From IMG/VR virus record IMGVR_UViG_3300009527_000008, positions 1-47,315 of that record: a stretch of DNA of 47,315 nt; one strand, 5' to 3'. The stretch comes from a virus (taxonomy: Duplodnaviria; Caudoviricetes). This document shows, piece by piece, positions 9,491-20,959 of the stretch. Each line of letters begins with the position of its first letter. The first letter of the stretch is position 1. Below the pieces are notes generated by a model. The model was given only the letters and a program-made list of their open reading frames with translations. It was not told the DNA's origin and made no database searches. The position numbers and the translations under genes are program-made.

Positions 9491-12127
9491 TCATTCAAAA
9501 ATTACGTTTCTTAAAACGGATTGCGCTAGAGCATATTTAGATGCTCTACTTCTTATATAGTTTTCCATACGTAATTTTTCATCATTTGATAAATTAGTGT
9601 TCTTTATGCGCAGATCATATGTGTTAGAAGCATGTCCCGGATACGAAAGGCTCTGCAATGATTTTATTAGTTCTATGTTTGTGGTAGATGGAGTGGGCAT
9701 GTTCCAATATCCAGTATGCCATAAATTCCAGTGTTTTTCTTTAGCTAAAGAACGAATTTTATAATCATCTAATGGAACTTTATAGTATCTAAGTTTAGAT
9801 AAACTTCCTTTGAAGTATCCTCCACGATTGAGAGATTTTTCTACGTTTTTAGCACCAAGTTTTCCACTTCTTGCACCTATTAAAAATGGAGTAACTTTAT
9901 TTCCATGGTCCATAAAATAAATTCCATTATACTGTTCACTTGCTACAAGAGAACCATTTATATAGAGAGAAACTATTGTGTAATTATTTGAAACTTGGTG
10001 TTTGAAAGCAATATGATTATATCCGGTGAGGTGATTGGCATTAGAACTTAATCTGAATTTTTCAAAATTATCTTCTCCACAAGATAATCTTCCTTTAACG
10101 GTTATTCGAGAATTTCCTGTATGAAAATAACGGCGTAAAGATTCATAATTTGATAAAAATCCACTCACACTCATCATTAGAGTTTGACAATTCTTCAAAT
10201 TTATAATATTCTTTACATCTATTCGCTTAACTAGTTTTCCATCAAGATTTAGTATTATTATAATGTTATTACTGTTGAAAAATAGCCATACTAGAGTCTT
10301 TCCAGTAAGGTCTGTTATAAATTCTAATTCTTGGCAAGTAATTTCTTCTTCCTTAGCCAAATCAAAGGTCTTTTTAATTAAAGGTGCAGAATTTTTGTCC
10401 AAAACTAAAAGTTTATTTCTATAAATTATCCATATATTGTCATCTCTATCAATACGCATAGAAGATGCTCTTTCTTCTAAATGATAGACAATTTGATTAT
10501 TTTTATATAAATTTGTTCCTAAAATTTTATATTGATCCTCTTCACTGTTTTCGGCACTAAAATCAGAATATGTTAGTTCTATTGAATCATCATATTTTAT
10601 ATAAAAATCGTTATACGACGAAACTGCGGAGACGCTAGTATCAAAACTAGCATTATTAATTTTCAATAATTCTCTATCAGAGAACATAGCATATAAGTTT
10701 CCGTGAGAATCTATGTCCATTTTTTTAATAGATGAACTATTGGATGTTGATATTATATTAGTTATTAAATTATCGCTGTCTTTTATGTAAAATTTCTTAT
10801 TCAACGAATCAAACATCCATGTTCTTTCATCTATATCACATGCTATTTTCGTTATATTAGCAGAATGACCTAACGAATTTTCTAAATTTTTTTCCAAAAA
10901 CTTTATGCCTTTACTGTTAAATTCATATAGCATGTCGCCTGATGTAGCGATGGTTATACTTTCTATGGTAGAACCGTTTTCATAAAATATACCAAATCCA
11001 GATTCTTCTCGATAATTTCCAAAATATTGTGTATCATTACCAGAAATCCAATCTTGATTTGCCCAAAAGGATACAGTAAAATCACTCTTTTCAAAAAATG
11101 AATCTTGTGGAGGTAGATGATAATGGTAGTTACTATCAAACAGTCCTATATCTGAAGTGATGTTTGGTAGTGCTGGAACAGAATATATTTCATTTCCATT
11201 AGAGCTAAATCGCCCATTCCATGCAGTTATATCTAATATTGTTGAATTATCTGTAAATGAATTTATGTGTATAGAATTTCTAATCTCGCCCATCCTAGAA
11301 TATATTAATTTATTTTTCGGAAATATTTCTTCAGTGCTAACAATATCTATAATACTGTTTTCAGAAGATGTTGTATTTTTTTGAGCAATGAAAGCGTCTA
11401 AAGGGTCAACAGTATTCGGATCATACCATCTTTCTGTCCATTGTTCGGTTTCGTCGTTATACCAAATACATAAAGGTATTCCGTTTACATTATTTGAACT
11501 GTGGTCAATATTCTCTCGGTCTAGAATAATATAGTCTGAGTTTATTGGACTTCCTTCGCCATATAGTTCTATACTAGTTAGTGACGAGCTGTTTATATCA
11601 AATGCTGTTATGTTCGGAGGAACTATTATAGATGTTTCTTTATCAGAAAGTAATTCAACTGTTTGAGAATTGGTTTTATATTGCAATGCAATATTATTAT
11701 TTTTCAAATAAACCCCATCATATTGTCTTCTAAAACGATTATCATATATTAAATGTTGATCATTTTCAGAAAAATCGTTTTTTAGTGGCAAAATATTTAA
11801 TTTATTTGAGTGCGTTGATGTTAAAAAAAGCCAATCATATGTTTTCTCAACTGAATTCACAAATTCTATGTTTTTATTAGAAGAATAATATGTAAAATTA
11901 TCTCCACTAATATCTGTTAACTTATATCCATCGGTTAAAAATAATATATTGTTCTCATTGCTATCTATATCTACAACATTTGTTAGAAAATTTAGTTCGT
12001 TTACGATACATCCCTCGAAAGACGAAATAGAATTTTCTACGTTAAGTCTACCGTTTTGTAAATAATCATATTCAAAACTATTGTTTACGGATGAAACCAG
12101 TATTATTTCTGTGGAAGAGAGCGTCAC
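9491..12127 (-). CDS. Baseplate-associated protein with LamG/concanavalin-like segments around a beta-propeller-like region
   Basis: DFTVSFW, YNHIAF, SLYINGSLV, FKGSLSKLRYY (LamG-like); repeated D-x-D-x-x-W/Y blades; structural context; late promoter at 12134-12139. Confidence 0.6.
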   Translation of the reverse strand: MTLSSTEIILVSSVNNSFEYDYLQNGRLNVENSISSFEGCIVNELNFLTNVVDIDSNENNILFLTDGYKLTDISGDNFTYYSSNKNIEFVNSVEKTYDWLFLTSTHSNKLNILPLKNDFSENDQHLIYDNRFRRQYDGVYLKNNNIALQYKTNSQTVELLSDKETSIIVPPNITAFDINSSSLTSIELYGEGSPINSDYIILDRENIDHSSNNVNGIPLCIWYNDETEQWTERWYDPNTVDPLDAFIAQKNTTSSENSIIDIVSTEEIFPKNKLIYSRMGEIRNSIHINSFTDNSTILDITAWNGRFSSNGNEIYSVPALPNITSDIGLFDSNYHYHLPPQDSFFEKSDFTVSFWANQDWISGNDTQYFGNYREESGFGIFYENGSTIESITIATSGDMLYEFNSKGIKFLEKNLENSLGHSANITKIACDIDERTWMFDSLNKKFYIKDSDNLITNIISTSNSSSIKKMDIDSHGNLYAMFSDRELLKINNASFDTSVSAVSSYNDFYIKYDDSIELTYSDFSAENSEEDQYKILGTNLYKNNQIVYHLEERASSMRIDRDDNIWIIYRNKLLVLDKNSAPLIKKTFDLAKEEEITCQELEFITDLTGKTLVWLFFNSNNIIIILNLDGKLVKRIDVKNIINLKNCQTLMMSVSGFLSNYESLRRYFHTGNSRITVKGRLSCGEDNFEKFRLSSNANHLTGYNHIAFKHQVSNNYTIVSLYINGSLVASEQYNGIYFMDHGNKVTPFLIGARSGKLGAKNVEKSLNRGGYFKGSLSKLRYYKVPLDDYKIRSLAKEKHWNLWHTGYWNMPTPSTTNIELIKSLQSLSYPGHASNTYDLRIKNTNLSNDEKLRMENYIRSRASKYALAQSVLRNVIFE

Positions 12128-12136
12128 TTAATATAT

Positions 12137-12874
12137 TTATTCATCCACTTTTCCCAATTTCATATAGAAAACCTTTCTTTCAGATGATTTAATTCCTACC
12201 AAGCAAATATATAATTCTTCATTTATAATCAATACTTTTTTGGGAACAAAGGATGAATTATAATTCCCGTTTGAATCTTCTACTACATAATTTTTTGAAG
12301 ATAGATGCTTGATAGCGTCTTGTTCAAAATAAAAATAATTTACGACATAGCATCTACGATCTATTCCATCAATATTTTTAGTAACTTTAGATAATAGACC
12401 GAATTTATTATCGTTGACTCTGAATAGAAAGGATGGTATAGTGGAAATTAAGTCACCATAAGGATGTTGTATCCATTCACCGTAGTTATCTAAATCTAAA
12501 GATAGTATAGAATGATTGTTTATATCATATGTATAAAATTTTGGATTAAAAGATGTACCTGTATGAATTTGTCCAGATACTGTTTGCGAAGTGGTTCCAT
12601 TATAATCTAATGCAGCAATTAATATTTTCTTATAATTTTCAATTAGTAAACTGCCTACATAACAACTACGGGTAGAATTAAATGGCAATGTAGTATTCGA
12701 ATTTCCGAAATCAATGCTGATTTTAGGAAAGACATTTGATATTTCGGCACTATCATAATCAGTCTTTAGTTTATATATATTCAAAATGTCATTTTTTACT
12801 ATTTTTTCTAAATGAAAAATAGTATCATAAAATACTTGAATACTTTTGGTACTGTCTGATGATAGCGAGAACAT
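12137..12874 (-). CDS. Hypothetical virion (baseplate region) protein
   Basis: 245-aa ORF with own TAAATA at 12884-12889. Confidence 0.6.
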   Translation of the reverse strand: MFSLSSDSTKSIQVFYDTIFHLEKIVKNDILNIYKLKTDYDSAEISNVFPKISIDFGNSNTTLPFNSTRSCYVGSLLIENYKKILIAALDYNGTTSQTVSGQIHTGTSFNPKFYTYDINNHSILSLDLDNYGEWIQHPYGDLISTIPSFLFRVNDNKFGLLSKVTKNIDGIDRRCYVVNYFYFEQDAIKHLSSKNYVVEDSNGNYNSSFVPKKVLIINEELYICLVGIKSSERKVFYMKLGKVDE

Positions 12875-12886
12875 TATTACTATTAT

Positions 12887-14221
12887 TTAGACGGGGAATG
12901 CACCTACAAAAGTAACTATATCCCACTTATCATCAATGGCGTCATAGCAAGCACCTAATTTATCAAAGAAATTATTAGTTGATGTAAATGTTATAGAGTT
13001 GCCTGTTCTAAATTTATTTCCTAATGTAACTGAGTGCGAGCCCCCATATCGTATTGTCCAGATAACTAATTGTCCGTGATAACCTCCTAAAGGATTAGAT
13101 AGTGTTACATTGCCAGTAGTAGTGTAATCAAATTCATCTGCAAAAGAAACATCTGTGGTTATAGTATTTCCAGTGCCTAATGAAATTCTCTTTCTCAATG
13201 TTCTTTGACCTAATGGCAATCTGCCATCACCGTCCAATGAGGCATAACCGTTTGGCTCTCCTTTACTATCTATTATACCATTTGTAACAGTTCCTAAGTT
13301 GCTGATACTCGATCCATGAGAAAGTATTTCTGACTCAATAGGGGGTATAGAATTTATCGCATTTATAACATCCCCACTAATTGGTGCGTATACAGAATTC
13401 AGCTCATCTAATGCCCCCATTGATGCAGTTAATGATTCTACTACAATTTCTATAACAGAAAATTCATTATAATTATCAGCTACTACGTTAGATAGACTAG
13501 ATAAATCATTTTGCAATATTACTAAAGTATCATAATTCTGATCTATTACACCTGATAATTCAGTTATATCTGTAATAAGATTAGTGATAGAAGATGCTGC
13601 GAATGATGATAATGTCACTAAGTCTGAATTTATAGAAGATAGCTCAGTATAAATGTTATCAAAACCGCTCACTGTATAAGATGAAAGTTCGTTTAATTCA
13701 ATGGACAAATCTAAAACATCTGTTTGTAACTCTGTTGTGATAGAAGATAGAGAATCTATTTTACTGCTAATATCCACTGTTTCAGCAGATAAGGAAGATA
13801 TGTCATTTTCAACACTGTCTATATTTGATGTAATAATAGTAATGGCATCCGACATATCTACTAAATCCGAATTTATAGAAGTTAATTCAGAATTAACATC
13901 ACTAACATCAGAAGAAATAGACAATAGGTTTAGTTGAAATTGCTCTAAATCATTTTCAATAGTATCTATAGATGTCTGAATAGAAGTTATACTATTATTA
14001 TAAGAGTTCCAAATTGCCGATGTTTCAGTAATAACGGTTTCTATATCTGAATAATTCTGCAATCCAAGTTCAGACTCGATCATTGGTGGTATGGCAGAAA
14101 CACTCCATCTTTTAGTGGTTCCGGTAACATTTTGGCTAGTGTCACTGACATCATAGCCTATTACAAAATCACTTGTAACGGATATGGTTGATGAAAAGGG
14201 TAAACCTGAAGTAAATGGCAT
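12887..14221 (-). CDS. Fibre-like protein: long acidic heptad coiled coil plus C-terminal beta domain
   Basis: Ser/Asp/Ile/Leu heptads over ~250 aa; KGEPNGYASLDGDGRLP motif common in phage tail fibres. Confidence 0.65.
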   Translation of the reverse strand: MPFTSGLPFSSTISVTSDFVIGYDVSDTSQNVTGTTKRWSVSAIPPMIESELGLQNYSDIETVITETSAIWNSYNNSITSIQTSIDTIENDLEQFQLNLLSISSDVSDVNSELTSINSDLVDMSDAITIITSNIDSVENDISSLSAETVDISSKIDSLSSITTELQTDVLDLSIELNELSSYTVSGFDNIYTELSSINSDLVTLSSFAASSITNLITDITELSGVIDQNYDTLVILQNDLSSLSNVVADNYNEFSVIEIVVESLTASMGALDELNSVYAPISGDVINAINSIPPIESEILSHGSSISNLGTVTNGIIDSKGEPNGYASLDGDGRLPLGQRTLRKRISLGTGNTITTDVSFADEFDYTTTGNVTLSNPLGGYHGQLVIWTIRYGGSHSVTLGNKFRTGNSITFTSTNNFFDKLGACYDAIDDKWDIVTFVGAFPV

Positions 14222-14276
14222 ATATACTCATATTTAATTAGTTTTATGTAGAAATTTATTTAAGTCAAAAAGACTG

Positions 14277-14477
14277 TTAATAGTAATCAAAATCTGAATA
14301 CGGAACTAACACTATTGCATTGTCTATTTCTACATATATTCCCGCAATACATTTTTTATTACAGTCTTTGCCTAGCGTTCTACCTGATACTAATAAATCT
14401 CGGCCACTCTTATTATGCATAGTAACATAATAAGGCTCTGCATCAAACTCCGTTCTTTCTATAAAGTCTTCGTGCAT
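14277..14477 (-). CDS. Small late protein
   Basis: 66-aa ORF with TAAATA at 14483-14488, 5 nt before the ATG. Confidence 0.55.
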   Translation of the reverse strand: MHEDFIERTEFDAEPYYVTMHNKSGRDLLVSGRTLGKDCNKKCIAGIYVEIDNAIVLVPYSDFDYY

Positions 14478-14490
14478 AACTTTATTTATC

Positions 14491-17400
14491 TTAATTCAAT
14501 TTAGATAAATTTCCGTCAACTGTTTTTATCCACACTTCAACAAATTCTGATAAATGATCTAATTTATCTTTATCTTCTTTAGTAAAGACAAAATATTGAT
14601 TGCCCCATATATCTTCATTCCAATCTATCATATTAGCAGTCAATGATGGAAGATTTTCATAAAATGCATTTTCTCCGCAGTTTATTATTTTTTGTCCTCT
14701 ATAATTTTTAGAATAATCTGATTCACTGAAGATATAGTTTTCATCAGGCCCAGTATGTAAACTATTGTAAGGAACATAAGATTGCTCTCCTTCAGTTCTT
14801 ATACAGGTCGTTCCTAATTTATTCCATGACGAATCTTCTTTTATAGAGGATATTCTTCCAATCTCACTAACAATATCTAATGAACTAGCAGTTCTTGAAG
14901 AATAATCTAATTGAGAAGAATAATTTTTGGCTAACCATTTTCCAGTGGATATGTTATTTGGATGCAGTAATCCCTTTTCTTCTTTAGATACAAAATCATT
15001 CTTAGCAAAATTTGCTATTATTGGCAATTCGGTATTGGGCAAGTTTCTCCAAGGAAAATTAGCTTTAGAATATATAGAAATATTTTCAGCAGACAGAGAA
15101 TCTCCATTAGTAATATCAAATACATCTCCGCTTAAATTGAAATCTTTTTGTGCAAAATATTCTATGAAAACAGGTATACCACTTAATTCTGTATTAAGAA
15201 CTATATCACTAGGCATATCTGTTGCAGTTAATCCATATTTTAAGTTTTTGCACACTTCGTTACATCCACAGAGTTCTCCATATTCACATACATTTTCGCA
15301 GCGATTATAAAGATGATCAAGTATTTCAGACTCTACACATCTATCAAAGTCTATTTTTTTCCATTCAGTAGTTGGAATGTTTATTTTTATTTCAACAGGT
15401 TGTTGCCAATTGAAACATTTATCGCATGGTATATCAAATTCTAATACTGTTCCATAATTCATCTTCAATAATGAATACTCCGGTTGTTTAGTGACTACAT
15501 ATTCATTTACAATTCTATTATTGTAATTTCTTAAATGTAGCGTTTTGTCCACATCTGCCCAATATGGCAAATTGTTCTCTAAATCTATTTTGATGTTGAA
15601 ATTGATTGATGGCAGAGAAGAATTAAATTTCTCAAATGTTATTTTAGGATCATCTGCGGAAAGTGATACATAATCTCCTGTTAAAGTAGTCCCATCATAT
15701 TTTATTCTAGAATATTCTACATTGCTGCTATTTTGGTGCAAATACTGATAATAATAACCGCTCTCCATTTTCATGTCTGAATCAAAATCTGTTTCAATCC
15801 AATTATTTTCAGCATTTTGGATTGATTTCTTCCAAGCTGGGACACAGTTAGTGTTATCGCAATCAGTCACTGTGCATGAAATATAACAATGGTTTTGGAT
15901 AAGATATGGCAATTCAAATTCACAACGATTTAAGTTACTACGATAGTATTGATACGTTTTTCCAGTTTCTAAAAAGAAATCCTGTCCTGTTCCAGAAGTA
16001 ATCCACGAACCTTTAGACCAATTTACGTTAGCATGATTTCCAGTATTCTTAAACCATGCTACGTCTTCCGATTCTTTATATGATTTTCCGTCTCTTCCAA
16101 TCCAAGTGTTTGTATTAAATGCTGTTGGGAAATTGGTATCTAGTAGTATTAAATCAGGAACCAAATTAAAACTGTTGACACTGGTTCCATTATGGCCGAG
16201 TGGTGTAGAGTATACACTTCTACAATTACACGAATTCCAGCTTTCTAATCCTTTTTTTCTTCTAGAAAAATCTTTTTCAAGAATGTTTGGTTTGATCTTC
16301 TCTTTATGAAATTCACAAGTAGCGTCATGATCAAATGATTTGAAAATTTCATTGACGTTGGTTTTAGGACCAGTCCATACAAAACGAACAGTTTCTCCAG
16401 AATTCCCCTTGAAGGAAAGCGCTGGTTGCGTGCTGCCTTTGGTCATTCTCCATCCAGTATAGTAGTTTACAAAATTGCCATCACAGGCACAGTCTTCTTT
16501 ATGATTTATAAATTTTGAAAGAGGCTGCCCTTTCAGATATGCTCGTTCAATTTCAGGACCGCACGGAGACTGCAACTTTATTAGAATATCACTGTCAGTT
16601 AAATCATTTCCAGCAACAGCTCCTGCAAAAGCAGTGTGTGGTATAGCCGATAAGTCTTGGGAGTTTCCTGATTCATAATTTATCTCTATTATGTCAGAGG
16701 GATTAAATGCAGTAATTGGGTATAAAATATTATTAATCCCAGATTTTATTGATAATTCTGTTTGTTTGAAATCATATAACCAGCATTCCTCGAAATCTCC
16801 ATCAAACACTTGGTTAGGATTAAAGTCATGCAGTAAATCGGTCGATACTTCAGTTCTCAATTTTAGCTTAGGTGCAAGTTTATAGTTGAATGATGGAGAT
16901 AATGATTCTATCAATTTTGAATTGTTTATGAGTAGAGGTTCGCAGGAACTTATGCCAGAGAACTCAGACCAGTATAAATCTTTTATATTTTCTTGATTTT
17001 CTAAAAAACTTTCTTCTGAAGGGAAAAATTTACGATCAATTTTGGTTTGATTGCTGAGAGTAGGTCCAGACCATTCAGTTCCTTCTGCTGATGTTCCGGT
17101 TCCCGGAAACGGGAATTTGAACATTGTATGATTTTTTATATCTGCGGTTAGAGTTGCTTGTGAAGTAGAATATGAGGTATTGCTCAGCCATGCTCCCCAC
17201 AATCCTACGTTTCCTGCATGGCACCATATAACATCCGCATTATCAATAGATGACGCAGATGTAGCATCATTCCAATCTAAAGAGTTTATCTGAATATCTT
17301 CGTATATTCCTTCAGGTGCTTCACGATAGTACTCTCCTCCGAACCAATGTAGATAATTATTACCTTCTTTAAATGGGATATTAAATGGTATTGTTTTTTT

Positions 17401-18177
17401 ATAATAAAATCCTCCATATATTGCCAAAATATCATTTGCAATGGAATTAGAGGTAGAATCTGAGAACAGTTCTATAGTTAATGTATTATCATTTTCACAA
17501 TCAGATAGTGGGTTGACATAATCTTCTATTGGTATAGAGGACGAATCATAATTGTCGTTTATATAATTTTCTAATATAAAAAAAAGAGGATTAGTTGTTC
17601 CTGTAGGAAATTGATTTTGGTCTTCCCAATAATTATGTTGGTCTATTAATTCGACAAATTCTATTTCAATAGATGAAAGGTTTGATTGAATATCTATTTC
17701 TTTTTTTGGAAAAATCTTCTCTTTAGATTGTTGATCTTGGATATCCTTTTTAAGGAGATGAGTTAATCCTATTTGCGATCCTATTAAACTATTTTTAGCC
17801 CTAGAATCTTTGACCGCCTTTCTTTTTTTGGAATAATATAATGCAATTTCCTTGAGTTTTTTAGCAAGTTTCGGTATTGCTAAATATATCTCTTCTTTAC
17901 TATCTAAATTTATTTTTGATATTCTCTCAAAATATGGATCGTCCTTAAAATTTATCAATAAGTCTCTTACTAATGTCCTATAATCATTAGATATACTAGC
18001 AGTTATCTCTTGCGGTATTTGTTTAGAATAGTTTTCTAGATAATTCTTATATAATCTTGCTGCATCATATAAATTGATAGTTGGATTGGCCTTTTTCCAA
18101 TCATAGAAAGATAGCATTTTACTATCAATTACCCCATAACTGGCAACAGAATTTATATTTTTCAAAACCACACTCAT
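14491..18177 (-). CDS. Large Cys-rich baseplate wedge-associated protein
   Basis: 1228 aa next to gp6; AIPKLAKKLKEIALYY and DIWGNQYFVF segments; late promoter at 18185-18190. Confidence 0.6.
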   Translation of the reverse strand: MSVVLKNINSVASYGVIDSKMLSFYDWKKANPTINLYDAARLYKNYLENYSKQIPQEITASISNDYRTLVRDLLINFKDDPYFERISKINLDSKEEIYLAIPKLAKKLKEIALYYSKKRKAVKDSRAKNSLIGSQIGLTHLLKKDIQDQQSKEKIFPKKEIDIQSNLSSIEIEFVELIDQHNYWEDQNQFPTGTTNPLFFILENYINDNYDSSSIPIEDYVNPLSDCENDNTLTIELFSDSTSNSIANDILAIYGGFYYKKTIPFNIPFKEGNNYLHWFGGEYYREAPEGIYEDIQINSLDWNDATSASSIDNADVIWCHAGNVGLWGAWLSNTSYSTSQATLTADIKNHTMFKFPFPGTGTSAEGTEWSGPTLSNQTKIDRKFFPSEESFLENQENIKDLYWSEFSGISSCEPLLINNSKLIESLSPSFNYKLAPKLKLRTEVSTDLLHDFNPNQVFDGDFEECWLYDFKQTELSIKSGINNILYPITAFNPSDIIEINYESGNSQDLSAIPHTAFAGAVAGNDLTDSDILIKLQSPCGPEIERAYLKGQPLSKFINHKEDCACDGNFVNYYTGWRMTKGSTQPALSFKGNSGETVRFVWTGPKTNVNEIFKSFDHDATCEFHKEKIKPNILEKDFSRRKKGLESWNSCNCRSVYSTPLGHNGTSVNSFNLVPDLILLDTNFPTAFNTNTWIGRDGKSYKESEDVAWFKNTGNHANVNWSKGSWITSGTGQDFFLETGKTYQYYRSNLNRCEFELPYLIQNHCYISCTVTDCDNTNCVPAWKKSIQNAENNWIETDFDSDMKMESGYYYQYLHQNSSNVEYSRIKYDGTTLTGDYVSLSADDPKITFEKFNSSLPSINFNIKIDLENNLPYWADVDKTLHLRNYNNRIVNEYVVTKQPEYSLLKMNYGTVLEFDIPCDKCFNWQQPVEIKINIPTTEWKKIDFDRCVESEILDHLYNRCENVCEYGELCGCNEVCKNLKYGLTATDMPSDIVLNTELSGIPVFIEYFAQKDFNLSGDVFDITNGDSLSAENISIYSKANFPWRNLPNTELPIIANFAKNDFVSKEEKGLLHPNNISTGKWLAKNYSSQLDYSSRTASSLDIVSEIGRISSIKEDSSWNKLGTTCIRTEGEQSYVPYNSLHTGPDENYIFSESDYSKNYRGQKIINCGENAFYENLPSLTANMIDWNEDIWGNQYFVFTKEDKDKLDHLSEFVEVWIKTVDGNLSKLN

Positions 18178-18209
18178 TAGAGATTATTTAGTTGGATTTG
18201 AGTTTGCAA

Positions 18210-19928
18210 CTATTCAACTATTATCTTATTTGCGAAATCTTTAATATCTGAATATAAATATTCAAATTTTTCAACAGAAATATCTGAGTTAGAAACTTTT
18301 GCAGAATTGGTAGCAAACGCATGAACTGGATTATAGTTTACAAAATATATACCATCTATTTCTTCGTTTGTAGATGTATTGACTGTTTTTATGCTAGTTA
18401 TTCCCATACCAAGTAATGAATTGACTAACGTATTAATTGAATATCCTTCTCCTAGTATGCGGTTCCGATAATCAAAACTATCTATTAGTAATTGATTTAC
18501 TTTATCTTTTACTGCATTTCTATTTTGGTTGCGAGGAACTGTTATTTTTATAGAAGAAATCTCTTTGGTCAATATCGGAGTTTCGCTTGGAAAACAGATA
18601 GAAACAGAGCGATAAACAGGGTCCATAGGAACGATATTAGCAGAAACGCATTTTTTGTAATTTATTGCATCTACTATATAGTTTTTTTGGGCATCATTTA
18701 ATATAGAAGTAGAATCAGTTCTATTTCTATTGAGAAGGAAGCAATACACATTGTTGAAAAAACAAGAATCTGAATATTTGATGTTATTATATACAGAACG
18801 TGACTCTTTGTTAATATCTCCTATTCCTATGTTCTCGTAGAAAAATTTCAAATAAAGATCTTGATATTCTTTATTATTAAGAACAACGCAATCTTTTAAC
18901 ACATTATTAAAATTGCTAAGAATATATGAACGATAGCTTTCTGAGGTTGTTAATGTATTTTGAAAAGTATAGTTTACTGGAGCATTTTTCCTTATCTGTT
19001 CAACAGATTCAGCTTCACTAGAAAATGATGAACCACAAGAATTTGCTAATCTTATTTTGCCAAGGTCTGTTTGTGAAATAAAGGTTCTACCAGAATCTAC
19101 CAGTAATTCATTTATATATCTCTGCGCAGGTAGAGAAAGGCTCTTCCCGTCTAATGCAGATGCTCCTATTTCGCCCTTTTCTAAATTTGTAGACAAGAAT
19201 ACTGCCAAAACTTTATCTCCTCTAGAAAGTGCCTTTCCGTTTATTCCGTCACCAAATTTGAATTCATATTGTTTATCTCCATTAAGTCTTGAAGTATAAT
19301 GTTGATCTGAATTGTTTGATAGGAAAAGAGTATTAGTCTTATTCCACAATCTCCATGTAGAATTTTCAGACTTCACATATATTTCTACATTATTATGGTC
19401 TACAGTATCTGTTACATTTAATACAAAACTTTCAGAAGGTTCGCCATTAGATACCAATGCAAGTTTTTCCTTCCAATCACCTTGGAAAAGTATATTTTCA
19501 GACAATGTTATTGATTGACCGTTTTCTACAAAAATATCTGACACTGTTGAATAGTAATAACCTCCTACATTTACTTTACAGTATTTTGGAATTATGAATG
19601 AGCCGGATGATAAATTATCTACAGTGACTGAAAATGACACATGAGAAGTTTGAAATCCTACTGGTGAATAATCTACCAAAGAGACTATTCTATTCATATT
19701 TTTATATATGTCGGTTTCACTGAAAGTTCCTCCTACTGAAGATTTATGCAAAGAAAAAAGCAACTGAGAAAAAATCATACCAAACATATCTGTAAAAGCA
19801 GAAATGTTACTTCCCTCAAAACGCGCATCTGTGTAAACACCTGAAGATACGAGAAGATTCTTCAACTCATCTCGTATGTCCTTTCCGTCAAAGGCTAGAT
19901 AATGTTCTTTAGGCAGAGTATAATTCAT
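18210..19928 (-). CDS. gp6: T4 gp6-like baseplate wedge subunit
   Basis: YTDARFEGSNIS, YEFKFGDGINGK, ESVEQIRKNAP motifs. Confidence 0.9.
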   Translation of the reverse strand: MNYTLPKEHYLAFDGKDIRDELKNLLVSSGVYTDARFEGSNISAFTDMFGMIFSQLLFSLHKSSVGGTFSETDIYKNMNRIVSLVDYSPVGFQTSHVSFSVTVDNLSSGSFIIPKYCKVNVGGYYYSTVSDIFVENGQSITLSENILFQGDWKEKLALVSNGEPSESFVLNVTDTVDHNNVEIYVKSENSTWRLWNKTNTLFLSNNSDQHYTSRLNGDKQYEFKFGDGINGKALSRGDKVLAVFLSTNLEKGEIGASALDGKSLSLPAQRYINELLVDSGRTFISQTDLGKIRLANSCGSSFSSEAESVEQIRKNAPVNYTFQNTLTTSESYRSYILSNFNNVLKDCVVLNNKEYQDLYLKFFYENIGIGDINKESRSVYNNIKYSDSCFFNNVYCFLLNRNRTDSTSILNDAQKNYIVDAINYKKCVSANIVPMDPVYRSVSICFPSETPILTKEISSIKITVPRNQNRNAVKDKVNQLLIDSFDYRNRILGEGYSINTLVNSLLGMGITSIKTVNTSTNEEIDGIYFVNYNPVHAFATNSAKVSNSDISVEKFEYLYSDIKDFANKIIVE

Positions 19929-19937
19929 CTAAATTAT

Positions 19938-20462
19938 TTATTTGGTCTTCTTTTCTGCTGCTAATGTTCCTACTGGAGGATTTCCAGTAGCCATGTAACC
20001 ATTAATTACATCCATAAATTTGCCAAATTTAGTAGTATCATAATTCCATTCATCTGGAATATCTGCTTGCATAGCATTCCATGCAGCATTTTCAATAGTA
20101 AGCAATTCTAGAGGAACGCTGAAATGACCTTTAGAAACTGGCCCAATCTGATTGACAACTGTTACTAAATATCCAAGTGGAGCAGAGGCTCCTTCATAGT
20201 ATTCTACACTATTTCTCGCAGGAATGACATTAGTTACAACTAGGCGAAATTTCTTTTTTTTCTTCTTATTATCTTCAACATATTCTGCCATTCTTTGTTG
20301 AAATTCTAGGCTCTTCATTTTTATGAAAGGATGCGTTAATGCCTCTGGTTTGATAGAAACGGTTGTTCCCGGAGTAGGCACGCCATTATCAGTTGCCACA
20401 TCAGTTTGCTGTTTTTCTAAAATCGGAAAAGACTCTAATAGTTTGTCAAATTTATATTCCAT
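19938..20462 (-). CDS. Late protein with internal-protein-like leader
   Basis: MEYKFDKLLE|SFPILE|K; TAAATA at 20470-20475; divergent from gp25. Confidence 0.65.
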   Translation of the reverse strand: MEYKFDKLLESFPILEKQQTDVATDNGVPTPGTTVSIKPEALTHPFIKMKSLEFQQRMAEYVEDNKKKKKKFRLVVTNVIPARNSVEYYEGASAPLGYLVTVVNQIGPVSKGHFSVPLELLTIENAAWNAMQADIPDEWNYDTTKFGKFMDVINGYMATGNPPVGTLAAEKKTK

Positions 20463-20492
20463 GATACATTATTTAATCAATTAAATATAACT

Positions 20493-20951
20493 ATGGCGAT
20501 AGTGATAGACAATGTTTCCCGTCCAGACAGTAAAAAAACATATTATGATCTACATCTAGATTTACAGATCAAAAAAGTATCTGCGAGTAATAGTAGCAAT
20601 AATGTGGTGAATGGAAATGACATTATTCTAGATACAGACTATGATGCTGTTAGAAATTCTATACTCAACATACTATCTCAAAAAAGATATACTAATGCTC
20701 ATTTTGACACTAAAATACGCGGAATGATAGGACAATCACTCAGTGAATTAGCTGGTGTTAGCTTAGGTTCGACTATTAAAAGTGCCATACAACAGTTTGA
20801 ACCAAGAGTATCTGTTGAGAAGGTTAGTGTAGCAGTTAATTTGACTAAACAAAGTTACGTCATAGCTCTTCACTTAAAATACGCAGGACTTAAAGAGGAA
20901 AACATATTCTTTTATTCATTAGACAACAAAGGAAATTTTTCTAAACTGTAA
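20493..20951 (+). CDS. gp25: T4 gp25-like baseplate wedge subunit
   Basis: YYDLHLD, AVRNSILNIL, AIQQFEPRV motifs. Confidence 0.88.
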   Translation: MAIVIDNVSRPDSKKTYYDLHLDLQIKKVSASNSSNNVVNGNDIILDTDYDAVRNSILNILSQKRYTNAHFDTKIRGMIGQSLSELAGVSLGSTIKSAIQQFEPRVSVEKVSVAVNLTKQSYVIALHLKYAGLKEENIFFYSLDNKGNFSKL

Positions 20952-20959
20952 GTATTTTT